The notes: generated by a model from the letters alone, not told the origin. A stretch of 64,000 bases of DNA from Octopus sinensis (GCF_006345805.1 NC_042999.1:16988001-17052000); one strand, 5' to 3'; numbered from the stretch's first letter, positions 50,156 to 63,449 are shown. A program made the numbers and translations.

Positions 50156-51138
50156 TGCCAGTGGGATGGCAATATAATTAGCTGTCGGAACGAATTCCTT
50201 GAGTCATCTATTGTGACTTTAAACATCCTCATTTGTTCACCCGTCCCAGTTTGATAAAATAGAGTACCAGTCAATTTTCAGAAACAACGATACACCTGTT
50301 ACTGATCTTTGTTTCTCTCTCACAATATTTGTAAATTTAATGTGAAGTTTCTGTTAAATATTACCTGCGGATGATTATATATTTGCTCTTCAAACCTCGC
50401 TAATACTCTTCATCGAATGGATATTCTTACTTGTCTTCTCTAGTTTAACTTTATTTCATTTCCTTGCTTTCGCTTTGATGATGAAAAATGCTACAAATTA
50501 AATTTAAATTTCGCATTATGAAAAATTAAAGCAATAATAATATGGTTAAGTGTACATTTGTCAAAGAAATATTTGCATCAAGTATCAAAGTTCGTGTGTG
50601 ATATAATAGTCTTCTCATACAAGACTGCATTCATAAAGCTTCAAAATCTTGTCTCTATTGCAAACGCTAACGTATTTTTTTCAATGCAAAAAAGAAAAAG
50701 TAAAAGTTAAAATTCCACAAGCAAAAGAAAATCGGAATATTCAATCGATAATAAAAGCAACAACATTAACGTGACAATGAAGATAATTTAATGCTGAATT
50801 AGCGATAAAATTGTCTGATGGTTCCAGTCAATTTACCATCACATGTCACTGTTAATATGAACCAGAAAGAATTTGTTGGATTTAATAAAGAAATTATTTC
50901 CATGTTATTTAAAGTATTTAGAACTAATTTGAATGTGAAAAACAATACATTGGAGTGAAGTGGCTCAACTATTGGCCAACTAATGAATAGGTCGCACGTT
51001 CTAGTTTTGTGCGGTTCAATTTCTAGACAGGATGACGTAATTCTATATTTTCGTAGCTACAGATCTTGTATATGTCAAGCATGCATAATTTCTATTTTAT
51101 CTTACAAATCATACTAGTTATCTTACAAATCATACTAG

Positions 51139-51207
<69 letters not shown>

Positions 51208-51801
51208 TTCGTCTCTGTCTCTCTCTCTGTCTATCTGTTCCTTATGTATTCTCAAACAGCCCGACCAAATCAAATCAAATTTTACAAGGTAATATTATCA
51301 GACCCCGTGAGTGTCAACATGTAATTATTTTCATTTGGATTAAAACAATGTAACATTGACATTGGTTTGGTATTACGTGTCAAAAACGAAAGAATGACAT
51401 CTATATTGTAATGTGATACAATAGTTTAACTTTTATTCTTTCACTTTTAATTTTAATGTGATAACACTAAGATGATGTCATTTCTAGTTGGAAATAAATG
51501 AATAATTTATATACCAATGTGAACAACATTACGCATCGACAACATTCCGTTTTTACGGCCACCACAGCGGAATGGTGTGTCAGAGTATGCGTTGACTGAC
51601 ATAATGAACGGCTGGAGGTGAAACGTTTGACAAAAAACAATAAGGTGGCAGGTCCAAGATATATAAAAATATACGTTTACTGTTCAATTACTAGTTAATA
51701 ATTATCGCAGCAGTTGCAAGGATTTATGGAAGATATTTACAATCACATATTTACCCTTAATTAACCTTTAATACATGTGCCTAATATATACACACACATA
51801 C

Positions 51802-51865
<64 letters not shown>

Positions 51866-51877
51866 GTATATAATTTA

Positions 51878-52221
51878 AAATTAGGATAAAATTTTATAAG
51901 AATTTATCAAGTAGTTAGCGTGAAAAACCTCATAACGGAAAAATCCATCAATTTTTCCTCTTAAATATATTTATTTATATTGTGGGCATTAATATACATA
52001 AATGCCAGAGGCTAGGAGCGACTCTTAATTGAAGATTAAAAAGTTCATTTGTGCGCTAATTATGAAATCATATGATATGCAGCTGATTTCTGTTTTTAAA
52101 ATGCTTGCCTCGAGAGTTGCATTCCCTCGTATTCGGTACAATGTGTTTATTTTGTTAGTAGTTTTTCACTTTAAGAGTCCCTCCTAGCGTGTGGTATTTA
52201 TATACAGTAATGCCCTCAATG

Positions 52222-52230
<9 letters not shown>
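51878..52230. mobile_element. Diverged, dispersed relative of the 482-bp array unit, arranged as an inverted pair (Penelope-like)
   Basis: GTAG.TAGCGTGAAAA.CCTC and GGGCATTA.TA.ACATAAATGCC..CTAGGAG match the unit end; 52060-52230 matches the opposite strand of the unit. Confidence 0.7.
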
Positions 52231-52256
<26 letters not shown>

Positions 52257-52559
52257 AAACTTAATTAGTAAAGAATATTTATGCGTTTGCCGTTAAATGT
52301 GCTTTTATTTGGTTAATTTGCTTATACTTGGTTAATTTATACTGTTTATACTGCAAACAAAAATGAAAACATACTACATGCATATTACCGCTTACAAAAA
52401 TAGAAATTAATGTACAATATTTTCTATGTTCATAATTTTTTTGTTTACAATATTGAAAAAAATATGCCACCAAAGAAAAGACGTAATCTCCCCCAGAATC
52501 AAGTATGAAGCAGGGAGGATTGTACTAAACCCAAGGGATTGTTAATAATAATGAAGGAT

Positions 52560-52957
52560 GCGGCGAGCTGGCAGAAACGTTAGCACACCGGGTGAAATGC
52601 CTAGCAGCATTTCGTCTGCTGTTACGTTCTGAGTTCAAATTCCGCCGCGGTCGACTTTGACTTTCATCCTTTCGGGGACGATAAATTAAGTGCCAGTTAC
52701 GCACTGGTGTCGATGTAATCGACTTAATCCGTTTGTCTGTCCTTGTTTGTCCTCTCTATGTTTAGCCCCTTGTGGGTAGTGAAGAAATAGGGATTTCGTC
52801 TGTCTTTATGTCCTGATTTCAAAGTTCGCCGAGGTTGATTTTGACATTCATCCTTTCGGGTTTGATAAATTAAGTACCAGTTCCATACTGAGGTCGATCT
52901 AATCGTCTGGCCCCTTCCCCCATAATTTCGGGCCTTGTGCCTAGAGTAGAAAAGAAC
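52560..52957 (+). mobile_element. Family A SINE dimer (tail A unit, then tail B unit)
   Basis: Consensus match. Confidence 0.9.
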
Positions 52958-53080
52958 AATGATGAAAGAAATAAAATGGAGAATTATTAATATGTAATAC
53001 ATCCATAATTCTCTATTTTATGCATGTATACATACATGCAGACATACATACATACATACATACATACATACATACATACA

Positions 53081-53116
<36 letters not shown>

Positions 53117-53129
53117 CTCTCTCTCTTTA

Positions 53130-53179
<50 letters not shown>

Positions 53180-53247
53180 ACCTCGTGAGCACCGCCAGCA
53201 ATTTTATTTCCTCTGTCTTCCCTTCTCTGGATCTTTCCTTCTCCTTT

Positions 53248-53282
53248 GTTTCCGACGAAGAGCTCCGCTCGAAACGTTAAAC
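53248..53282 (+). ncRNA. Ultra-minimal hammerhead motif (Penelope-type)
   Basis: GUUU-CCGACGA-A-GAGC-ucc-GCUC-GAAAC-GUU|AAAC. Confidence 0.6.
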
Positions 53283-53388
53283 CCTCCTTCTTCCCTTCTT
53301 TCCTGAGCGTCCAATATACTTTATTTGTTCCACGTCCTCGCGTTGCTGTGTTGTTTTTTTTGTTTTTTTTGTGTTTTCTTGTTTAGAT

Positions 53389-53436
<48 letters not shown>

Positions 53437-53539
53437 ATATACACACATATAAGAGGGATGATCACTAAGTGGAAATCCATTATGCTAGATGTAGACCCCA
53501 TATGGTCGGATCACTAAGAAAATATTTTTGTCAAGAAGA

Positions 53540-53943
53540 ATCAGAAAACGCCAGAACGTAAGCGAGAAAGACGAATGAAAAGATACAAAATATAAACATT
53601 AATCACAAAACCGGCTTCGTTGTTACCACTTACGTAATTCTTACCTAAATGCTCGCAGTTCATGAGTGGGGGGTCATAGCAAAATATAATTTGCAGAACT
53701 ATACATATACTATATTTGGGGATGTATTTCAGAAGACTTATGAAATAAAACCTCAAATGTTATTGGTAGAACTATATACATGTTCAATCTCATGTGGACA
53801 TCTCGTGTATAGTTCTGCATATTATATTTTGCTATGACGATCACACTGATGAATTGCGGACATTTACTTATGTATTGTTATTAATCTTTATATTTTGTAT
53901 CTTTTCCTTTGCCTTACTCGCTTACGACCTGGTGTTTGCTGAT
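53540..53943. mobile_element. Old foldback MITE with ~150-bp imperfect inverted arms
   Basis: CGTAAGCGAG..GAAAAGATACAAAATATAAA..GTCATAGCAAAATATAAT.TGCAGAACTATACA is mirrored at 53806-53943. Confidence 0.75.
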
Positions 53944-54356
53944 ATAGTCGATTCGAGGATGTTACATCCACATTAGGGATTATATAATCCCACCCCCGCA
54001 AAAATGTCCAGTGGTTAATCACTATAATATAATGAGAAGATCTCTGCGATATGTAAGCGATTATTATAGTAATAAATATTATTAATACTGAAATAAAGAA
54101 AATGGAGAAAGATGGATTTATGAATAATATATTTGCATGATATAAAGAACTTGAATTTTTAAAAAATCAATACACATAAATTATGAGTCGCAAGGCTCAA
54201 GAAGAAAAGGGAGATGCGAAAAAACCTATATATATGTTTCTGTTCTAGCACCTAGTTATAAATTTTCTCTCCCAATTAAATATACGGATAATTTTTTATG
54301 GGATGTATATATAATTATCGAATTCTCTTGGCAGCAGGCATACGTCAGTTTTAGAG

Positions 54357-54527
54357 GTGCAGTAGTTACTGCTGGACGGGACGGAGGAGGTTGATGAAAT
54401 GTGTGAGATATACTACATTCCAGCGTGTATACTTAACTCTTGCATTTGTAGTCTTCAACAGAGGAGGTCATAAGATAATATTCTGGTTAGATTATAGTGT
54501 GTGAAGTACGTATCCAAGATACATAAG
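54357..54527. repeat. ~170-bp direct repeat of 55517-55690
   Basis: Shared ATTCCAGCGTGTATACTTAACTCTTGCATTTGTAG..GAGGAGGTCATAAGATAA.ATTCTGGTTAGATTATAGTGTGT. Confidence 0.9.
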
Positions 54528-55747
54528 AGGCTTCTGAGAAGTGAAGTGGCGAATTGGCATAGTTCCTGCACTGCTTTATCGCATGTATCCCAGGTACTCA
54601 GAGTTCAAACCCAATCGCGGAAAAAAAATCGTCTTTCTTTCCTTGGCAGGGGTGGGGATCAATCAGTATAAGTTCAATTAATTAGTTGGATCTATTTCCC
54701 TTCCTCCACCACCAAACGCTCTCTCTCCCTCTCCCTCCCCACCCCCTTCCCTCCCCTCCCTCCCTCTCTCTTTCTCTGTTGATGGACTACATTGAAAACG
54801 ACAACAAAGTAGCGTCCACACCGTATCCTCTTTCATCTTTTCAACAGCTACGTGTAGACTGGATTAGAAGGAAAGAATAGACCAGCCTCATTGCTTATTT
54901 CTATTTAATTTATCATTCCTATTCCACTAGTATTACAGGAAACGCAAACCAAAGCGTACACCATTTGAGGATTTTTCCAACTCCCTATAGATTGTGCTAA
55001 TGTAACACGTTTGAGTTTTGTACATAAATGATTTCTTTCATAGCTCGAGGTCTTAAATTTGTCGAAAGCGCTTAATTGAATTTGTACGTAACTTAAATTT
55101 ATTTTAGCGAAGTTTCAAAGGCTGGAAAAGAAAGTGAACCTCTGCGGAATTTAAAACTGGAATGTAAGAGCCATTGCTAAATTTTATAATCGACTTTACT
55201 CGGTGTTTTATACATTTTGTCAATCCACCAACACCATTGATATTTAAACATTAAAATACCGCCGTGAAGATATCTGAGAACAACATTTTGTTATACTCTA
55301 TAGCAAAAATGGTTAAGTGCAGAATAATATACCTGGCAGTATTAAGTTATATCCTAATGTAACCAATATACGTTTACTTGCTCAGTCCAAAGAAAAAGAT
55401 AGTGTTTATGAATTTGCAGGCTCTACAAAATAGGTGATTTTCATGCCTTTAAATTTCTGCCAACACCTGCAGAAAAAAGTATGAGCAGATGGAAAATTCT
55501 TAGAAGGAAGGTCTGCGTGTAGAAGTTACTGTTGGACGGAGGATGTTGATATAATGTGTGAGATATATTATGTATATTCCAGCGTGTATACTTAACTCTT
55601 GCATTTGTAGACTTTTTTCAATAGAGGAGGTCATAAGATAACATTCTGGTTAGATTATAGTGTGTTAAGTACGTATTCAAGCTACATAAGGCTTGCAGCT
55701 TCATTTCCAGGTTGTATTTAATTTCACCTCAATAACGCAATTAATAC

Positions 55748-55920
55748 CTATTTCTTTATTACCCACAAGGTGCTAAACATAGAGGGGACAAACAAGGACA
55801 GACAAACGGATTAAGTCGATTACATAGACTCCAGTGCGTAACTGGTACTTAATTTGTCGACCTCGGCGGAATTTGAACTCAGAGCGTAACGACAGACGAA
55901 ATACGGCTACGCATTTCGTC
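55748..55920 (-). mobile_element. Family A SINE with an internal deletion between two GTCGAC-like sites
   Basis: Consensus match lacking the CCCCGAAAGGATGAAAGGCAAA segment. Confidence 0.85.
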
Positions 55921-56464
55921 CGGAAGTAATATCGTAGAGAAAGCAGTCCTTAGCCACCCGTGCCAGGAATACAGTGAAGATGTCGGCTGCAGGATGTTGG
56001 ATAGCCGTTAAGGTGGAGGAGTACGAGTCTAACGACTTGAAGGTGATATACACACGCGTGCGGTCCCGCCACTCACCACACACACACACGCATATATGAA
56101 TCTCTGTTAAGAGACGAATGCGGTTTGCAAGAACGGGAGTGCATCGAACAAAATGCCTTACTGCACACAACTAATGTCCTTCAACATTCAACATTGAAAT
56201 TCAGACTTTCACTCCTAGTTTCCGACCAGAAATTGCAAGCAGCCTTGGTATAATGATTCTGCCTTTTGTTAATCATAGCAGAACGAATATTTGTATATAC
56301 TTGAATAATCAAGTCACTTCAAAGCAGGTTCAGATGTAATGAGAGGTGGTTGCTGTAGTGTACGTGATGGGTAAAATACCAGCTTCTTGTGTTAAATATA
56401 TATGTGTGTGTGTGTGTGTATGTGTGTATGTGTGTGTGTGGTTACGTGGCATTATATTTAAACA

Positions 56465-57064
56465 AGGCAGTGAGCTGGCAGAATCGTTAGCACACCAGAC
56501 GAAATGCGTAACCGTATTTCGTCTGCCGTTACGTTCTCAGTTCAAATTCCACCGAGGTCGATTTTGCCATTCATCCTTTCGGGGTCGATAAATGAAGTAC
56601 CAGTTACGTACTGGGGTCGATGTAATCGACTTAATCCGTTTGTCTGACCTTGTTTGTCCACTCTATGTTTAGGCCCTTGTAGGTAGTAAAGAAATAGGTA
56701 TTTCGTCTGCCGCTACGTTCTGAGTTCAAATTCCACCGAGGTCGACTTTGCCTTTCATCCTTTGGGGGTCGATAAATTAAGTACCAGTTACGCACTGGGG
56801 TCGATCTAATCAACTTAATACCTATGTCTGTCCTTGTTTGCCCCCTATGTGTTTAGCCCCTTGTGGGTAGTAAAGAAATAGGTATTTCGTCTGCCGCTAC
56901 GTTCTGAGTTCAAATTCCACCGAGGTCGATTTTCCCTTTCATCTTTTCGGGGGCGATAAATTAAGTACCAGTTACGCATTGGGGTCGATATAATCAACTT
57001 AATCCGTTTGTCTGTCCTTGTTTGTCCTCTCTGCGTTTATCCCCTTGTGGATAGTAAAGAAATA
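56465..57064 (+). mobile_element. Family A SINE tandem trimer with 17-bp TSD
   Basis: Units restart at GGTATTTCGTCTGCCG; flanks GGCATTATATTTAAACA / GGTATTATACTTAAACA. Confidence 0.92.
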
Positions 57065-57317
57065 GGTATTATACTTAAACAGACTTCAGTTATTAAGAGC
57101 ATTGTGTTGCCTGAATCAATTGATGTATCAGCAAAATGCTTTGCCATATTTAGTCTTCTTCCTTAATGTTCTGGGTTCAGATTCTGCTGATGTTGACTTT
57201 TGTCTTTCGCCATCCCTGTGGGACCAATAAAATTATGTGGAGGTGAAATATTGGAGTTAATTTAATTAACTTTTCCCTCGCTTAAATTTATGGCTTTTCG
57301 TTTCTATTGGAAAGTTA

Positions 57318-57548
57318 TCATTATCGTCATCATCCTCATTATTATTATTATCATTATTATTATTATCATTATTATTATTATTGTTGTTGTTGTTGTTGTT
57401 ATTATTCAGTAGTTTTATTTTTTATAGTGTGCTTTCACTTCACTACCGAGCGCAGCTCTGTGTGCCTTGGGTACGTGCTGTGATTTGTTGTGATGCTCTG
57501 ATGTTTATTGTATGGAAAGTGTTATTATTATTATTATTGTTATTATTA

Positions 57549-57595
<47 letters not shown>
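57318..57595. repeat. (ATT)n/(TTG)n/(ATC)n trinucleotide microsatellites
   Basis: Direct reading; similar tracts at 58030-58140, 58380-58430 and 63452-63498. Confidence 0.95.
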
Positions 57596-57597
<2 letters not shown>

Positions 57598-58053
57598 TGG
57601 ATGATGGTTTGCAAGTGCTATAGTGTCAAACAAAACACCCTTCAGTATTTAATTGCTTCTGTTGATATTTTGAATTCAAGTCTTGCCGAGGTGAACTTAG
57701 ACTTTCATATTTCTGAGGTCAGCGTAATTAGCAATCAAGTGCTGGGATTCAGTTATTCATCTCTTACCCCCCCCCATACACACATACAAACATGCACACA
57801 CACACACACACACACACACACTCCTGTTGTTTGAAATCCCCAGGGAAATGGATGGAGAGAATCATATTTGAAATGTTTCATGATGTTTAGTTAGGGCTAT
57901 TCACATTTCTGCCAAGGTGAACTCTGCTGTTTTTCCTTCCAAGACAGATATAATTAAAATACCTGTCTAATTCTGGAGTGAATGGTATTAACTGAACTCT
58001 TCCCATCAAAATTGCTAAATCAGAAACCATCGTCGTCGTCGTCATCGTCCTCG

Positions 58054-58114
<61 letters not shown>

Positions 58115-58377
58115 CGTTATTATTATTATTGTTATTGTTCTTAACAATCTTGTTAACACAATTGTTTAATTGATTCCCTTCTCTAATCAAGTTATATAAC
58201 CTCAGATAGACAGTGCTTCCTGCAGGATGCTTGCTGTTCCTAAAAGTCTTGTAATTTACAATGTCATAATGCTGGGTGGGGAACCAATTTGTGTCAAGGA
58301 GTTTCTGAACGGTTTTTTGTCACCAACCCAAATATACCAATCGCAATTGGTACGATTTCGGCTTTCATATTCTACAA

Positions 58378-58413
<36 letters not shown>

Positions 58414-58427
58414 TAATTAATTAATTA

Positions 58428-58657
58428 ATAGTAATGATGGTTTCAAATTTTTGACAGGTGGTCGGTAAGTTCGGGAGGTTGGGGGTTGGGTCGATTACCA
58501 TCGGCCCCGGTGCACAGCTGGTGCTTTATTTTGTCGACCCCGAAGGGATAAAGGGCGGGGTCGGCCTTGGCGCAGTTTGGGCTCCAGACGTGGAGACGGA
58601 AGAGATGTCACTAAGCGTGCCGGCGATTTCGACAGCTTGCCGCCCTAGTAGTAGTGG
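58428..58657 (-). mobile_element. Family A SINE with clustered A>G hypermutation on the + (antisense) strand
   Basis: Example: CGAAGGGATAAAGGGCGGGGTCGGCC versus consensus CGAAAGGATGAAAGGCAAAGTCGACC at 59774-59799. Confidence 0.85.
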
Positions 58658-59291
58658 CACATTGGACAAAATACTTGGTCACATTTCACGTTTCCATTTT
58701 AAGATGACAATGTGTCCATACCTGGCGCACTGCATTCTGGGACTCTATTGTTTCGACACGAGCCTCGTCAACGAAGATTAGCCGAAATTCTGAGCCTAAA
58801 CGAAACCGCTGGCACTTTTTATACTTTCATTTTACAAATTATTTTCTGATCGGTGTTATATCTGCCAATCGATAAAAATTAATCATAGCAGATTAATCTG
58901 GAATGTTTTACTTACAAACCAGTCGAAAGACTCACTAGATGGAAATGAAAATTTTACAGAAATATTTGGAAATGTCTCAACATACTTTCCACGATACGTG
59001 GCAATTATTCTATCTTTCTAATGAATATAATTATGCGTTCGATGAATTGTCTCTGCTTAATTACTTCTTTAAAAAAATGCTAGTTTTTTTTTGATAATAT
59101 ATAGGGAGAACTAAAATACAAATTATAAAACAATCAACAAATCAGAGATAATTATATCCCAGAGAATAGTAATTTTTTTTTAAGTTGAAAAGAGAAAACA
59201 AATCTTTGGAATTTGCTTAGAGATTGAGTTGATAATTAGAGTTGGATGAAATGCTTTCAAATTTTTATATTCATTTTGCATTTTAGTGCCA

Positions 59292-59891
59292 TTCAAATTT
59301 AAGCACAACACCAGCAATTTTCAATGAGGGCATAAGTCGATTAATTGACGCCAATGCTCAAATAGTTTCATATGGACACTGATGGAATGAAAAGTCGACC
59401 TCGGCAGAATTTGAACTCAGAACGTAAAGACGTAGGAAATGCCACTAAGCATTACGCGGCGTACTATCGATTCTTATTTCGTTACTGCCCACAAGGGGAT
59501 AAACATTGAGGGGACAAACAAGGACAGACAAAGGGATTAAGCCGATTAGATCGACCCCAGTGCGTAACTGGAACTTAATCTATCGCCTCCGAAAGGAGAA
59601 AAAGCAAAGACGAACTCGACGGAATTTGAACTCAGAACGTTGCATCAGACGAAATACCTATTTCTTTACTACTCACACGGGGCTAAACACAGAGAGAACA
59701 AACAAGGACTGACAAACGGATTATGTTGATTACATCGACTCCAGAGCGTAACTGGTACTTAATTTATCGACCCCGAAAGGATGAAAGGCAAAGTCGACCT
59801 CGGCGGAATTTGAACTCAGAACGTTGCGGCAGACGAAACACTGCTAAGCATTTCGCTCGGCGTGATAACGTTTCTGCCAACTCGCTGCCTT
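59292..59891 (-). mobile_element. Family A SINEs: old monomer plus younger tandem dimer
   Basis: Consensus match. Confidence 0.88.
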
Positions 59892-60769
59892 ACTCTCATA
59901 CCGCATAATCTTAACGGCTTTAGGAATCTTAATAAACATTTGCATTAACATAAACAGTCTGTAAAATCTGCACGCTGATATGCGTCGACTAATATACTTC
60001 GTTTTTGGATTACTGAGTTTTAACAGTTTAGTATGTCATGAGGCGAAAATGAGAATGACAAAATAATTTTCAATCCGTCCCAGTAGGGCAATAAATCAAG
60101 AAATCAAATGAAATACTAGAAATATTTTAATTTGAGAAATTTTATCTCTCATTCTCGCTTTGAGATGAAAGGACTCTACTTCAATATCAGTAGGCGCTTG
60201 TCAAGTATGTCACACAGTGGACTGAACCTGAACCTACTCTGTGCCACGCTGAATCTCTCAGAGAACTACGTTAAGGGTACACGTGTACAATAAAATTTCA
60301 AGGCACATTAATTTCACGGGCACGCTGTTCCGTTGATCGGATCAACTGGAACCCTAGTCGTGACCGACGGAGTGCCACGACGGAGTGCCACGACGTTGAC
60401 GATTTTATTGGTCCTGGAAGAATTAAAGATGAAGGCAAACCTACAAGGATTTCAACTCATATGTAAACAAAAATTCATTGCAGTAAGGATGTGCCCAGTG
60501 TACTACGAATTCCTCAGTATCATTCTCCATTTTACATCCCCCACCTCACCCTATCAAATCCATATTTTAAGTGGATCGAAAAATACAGGATTACATAGTA
60601 TAGTGTAATATACAGTTGATTAATGGCGCAGTGTTTATTTCTGGAATTAATTTTATCGGTCATGGACGGATGACGTGTAAATTGAAAGACCTTTACTGAT
60701 TACTGTTAGACATCTTTACAAAAATTCAACTAATTTTGTTAGACCACGTCTCTGTCACGATATTAAGTC

Positions 60770-61284
60770 TTGGGTTGTCCGGAAAAATTCGTGCCGATTT
60801 ATTGTAGCTTACCTTTTGACTTATTTTAGAACATGGTTGAGTCCATAAAATAGGATTTGACTACACCTCCATTTAGAGCACAGTTGAAGCTATATTTTCG
60901 TGGAAGAAGATTTATGTTCCTAGAACCTGTGTTAATTCCGTAATCCTTTAAAATGGAAGATAAGGAAGTTCGTTTTCGGTACTTGATGCTTTTCTTTTTC
61001 CGTAAAGGGAAAATGCCTCAGAAGCAACCAAAGAAATATGCGCAGTTTACGGCAATGTTTCTTTATCCGAAAGAACTGTACGGAAGTGGTTCGCAAGGTT
61101 TCGAACTGGAGATTGTAACCTTATTGTTAAAGAGTGATCAAGCAGAAAATCCACTACAGATGATGACCAAATCAAGCCATTAATTGAGAATAACCTACAG
61201 TGCACAACTCGAGAATTGGCAGAAAGTATTTATTGACCTTTCTCTTTCCTTTAAAAATCGGCACGAACTTTCCGGACAGCCCAA
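60770..61284 (+). mobile_element. Non-autonomous mariner (both TIRs plus HTH-coding 5' part)
   Basis: TTGGGTTGTCCGGAAA..TTCGTGCCGATTT / AAATCGGCACGAACTTTCCGGACAGCCCAA-TA; MEDKEVRFRYLMLFFFRKG / ICAVYG..SERTVRKWFARFRTGD. Confidence 0.9.
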
Positions 61285-61401
61285 TACATCGATAGAAAAT
61301 CTAACAACACAACTGTATTTGAAGGCATAAAAGTTGCGCGGACACACTGGACATATAAGTTGAGCAGCGTTTTTAGTGTATTCATTACAGGGTGCAGTGT
61401 A

Positions 61402-61615
61402 GGGCGGCGAGCTGCTAGAATCGTTACCTTACCCGGGCAATAAGCTTAGCGGCATTTCTTGTGAGTTTAAGTCTTAAATTCAAATGCCTTCGGAGTCGAA
61501 TTTGTCTTTCATTCTTTATGGGGCGATAAAATATGCACCAGTTGCGTAGTGGGGCCGATTTAATCAACTAACCCCTTCTTATGAAATTGCTGAACTTGTA
61601 CCAAATTTTGAAATC
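61402..61615 (+). mobile_element. Old family A SINE
   Basis: Diverged consensus match. Confidence 0.75.
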
Positions 61616-62522
61616 AATCAGGTCACTGCTTGATTTTTTTGCGATATACTTTGAGGGTTAAACGTACATCTTTCACGCTTTTAGATAATATTGTTGAATC
61701 GAAGTTCTTCCGCTTTCTTTGTGCTTATAACTTCACTTATAATTTAGCCTGAGAGTAATTTACCTATTTTCTAAAAATGAAATGTTAGCAACATTAGTGA
61801 AATTAATATGCTGAAATAGGGGATCGAAACTGCAACGAAACTGTTCATATACTTTCTTTATTTTTGTCATATGACCCCTGCAATTTATTTTCATTCATGC
61901 GTGATTCCGTTGAAAGCATTCGCTGAAAATTTGGTGCAATGCGATAAAATTATTTCCTAATAATATAATATAACATTATATTTCAAGTACATTCATATTA
62001 AGTCAATGAAATAAAATAGCATTATTTCTTATTTCTTTTGATCTTTCCATTAATTCGCATTCAGCATTCTTAGTATCAAAGTATATCAAAATAAAGTCAC
62101 TTGTAATTTGATAGTAGAGTGATAGTAAATTGCAACAGAAATATCCTTATTAAATATAAGACGGCCTTTTTACTTCTTTTTTTATAAGAGGAGCACGACT
62201 GAATGAAATATTTCCAGTATGTTAATGAAATTGTCTGCAATAGGTTTAAAGGTAGCCTCCCAGTAGACTGACTGCGTGACTAGTTTTCAATACTCGGCTG
62301 CGGCTTCTTCGTTGTGTTTATGATTGCTTATACACTTGTAAAAGACATTAACAGTGAAATTCATGTTTTCTTACGAGAAATAAAACTGGAACCATTTCCA
62401 AGAGAACTAACCACAGATATAGACACAATATACTCCGAAAACTCATAGGGTTTTGTTTCACGGTTATTCTTGCGTAATGTTAATGATAAGCATCGCGTAG
62501 CAGAATATGTATACACTCGGTT

Positions 62523-62755
62523 AAGGCGGCGAGCTGGAAGAATCTTTAGCACATCGGGCGAAGTGCTTAGTGGTATTTCGTCTGCCGCTACGTTCTGAGC
62601 TCAAATTCCGCCGAGATCGACTTTGCCTTTCATCCTTTCGGGGTTGATAAATTAAGTACCAGTTACGCACTGGGGTCGATGTAATCGACTTAATCCGTTT
62701 GTCAGTCCTTGTTTGTCCCCTCTATGTTTAGCCTCTTTTGGGTAATAAAGAAATA
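62523..62755 (+). mobile_element. Family A SINE, tail A
   Basis: Consensus match. Confidence 0.9.
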
Positions 62756-62812
62756 GATCGTGCCTTGGGGTTAATCCCCATTCCATGGCAATTGGACACG
62801 TCCCTTCTGCAA

Positions 62813-63175
62813 TTTTTTTTTCTGCCTTTAACCCTCCAATGCGGAGTATAGGCCACTTATAGTTGAATTCCATGTCGCAAAATTTTTCGCATCTGTACTT
62901 ATACTCTGCCATGAATATCCCCCTTTCTATAGTTCCTTTTGTGTTGATCTACGCTAGGAGTTCTTAGGCCTACCTCTCCTTCTATATCCATCCGCATTCC
63001 ACTGTAAAGCACTTTTCACTACATTTGGTGTGTCTTTTCTAATTGTGCTACCAATCCACTTCCACTTTTTCTTAAATATTTGCTCCTTAATCGAAACCTG
63101 ATTTGTTCTTTGCCATAGCTCCATATTGCTTATGTGTTCGGGCCATCTAAGTTTAAGTATACTAATAGCCACGAA
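62813..63175 (-). mobile_element. RTE-clade LINE 3' fragment
   Basis: ILKLRWPEHISNMELWQRTNQ..KKWKWIGSTIRK..ALQWNADGYRRRGRPKNS. Confidence 0.85.
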
Positions 63176-63449
63176 AATGTGCGAGCCCATTGTATTCATA
63201 TGTGGGCATGTATTTTCCTCTTTTGTTATTTGTGTTTGTCTCCTCCCACCATTTGGCAACCGGTGTTGATTTGTTTATGTCCCGGTAACCTGGCTGTTGG
63301 CCAAAGGCACTCACTAGGTGTATAGTAAATACTAACATTCCTTTCTTTTGCTATCAGTGTTTTATCAAAACTTGTATTTATAGAATGTGTCCTAATGTTG
63401 ATTTAGTTTCTCTTGTCAGCTTTCTATCTCTTCACAACCGGTCTTTTCA

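Noticed and set aside
58738-58780. Minus-strand UUGACGA..GAAAC..GUC hammerhead-like motif
   Set aside because: The core C is missing and stem I cannot pair.
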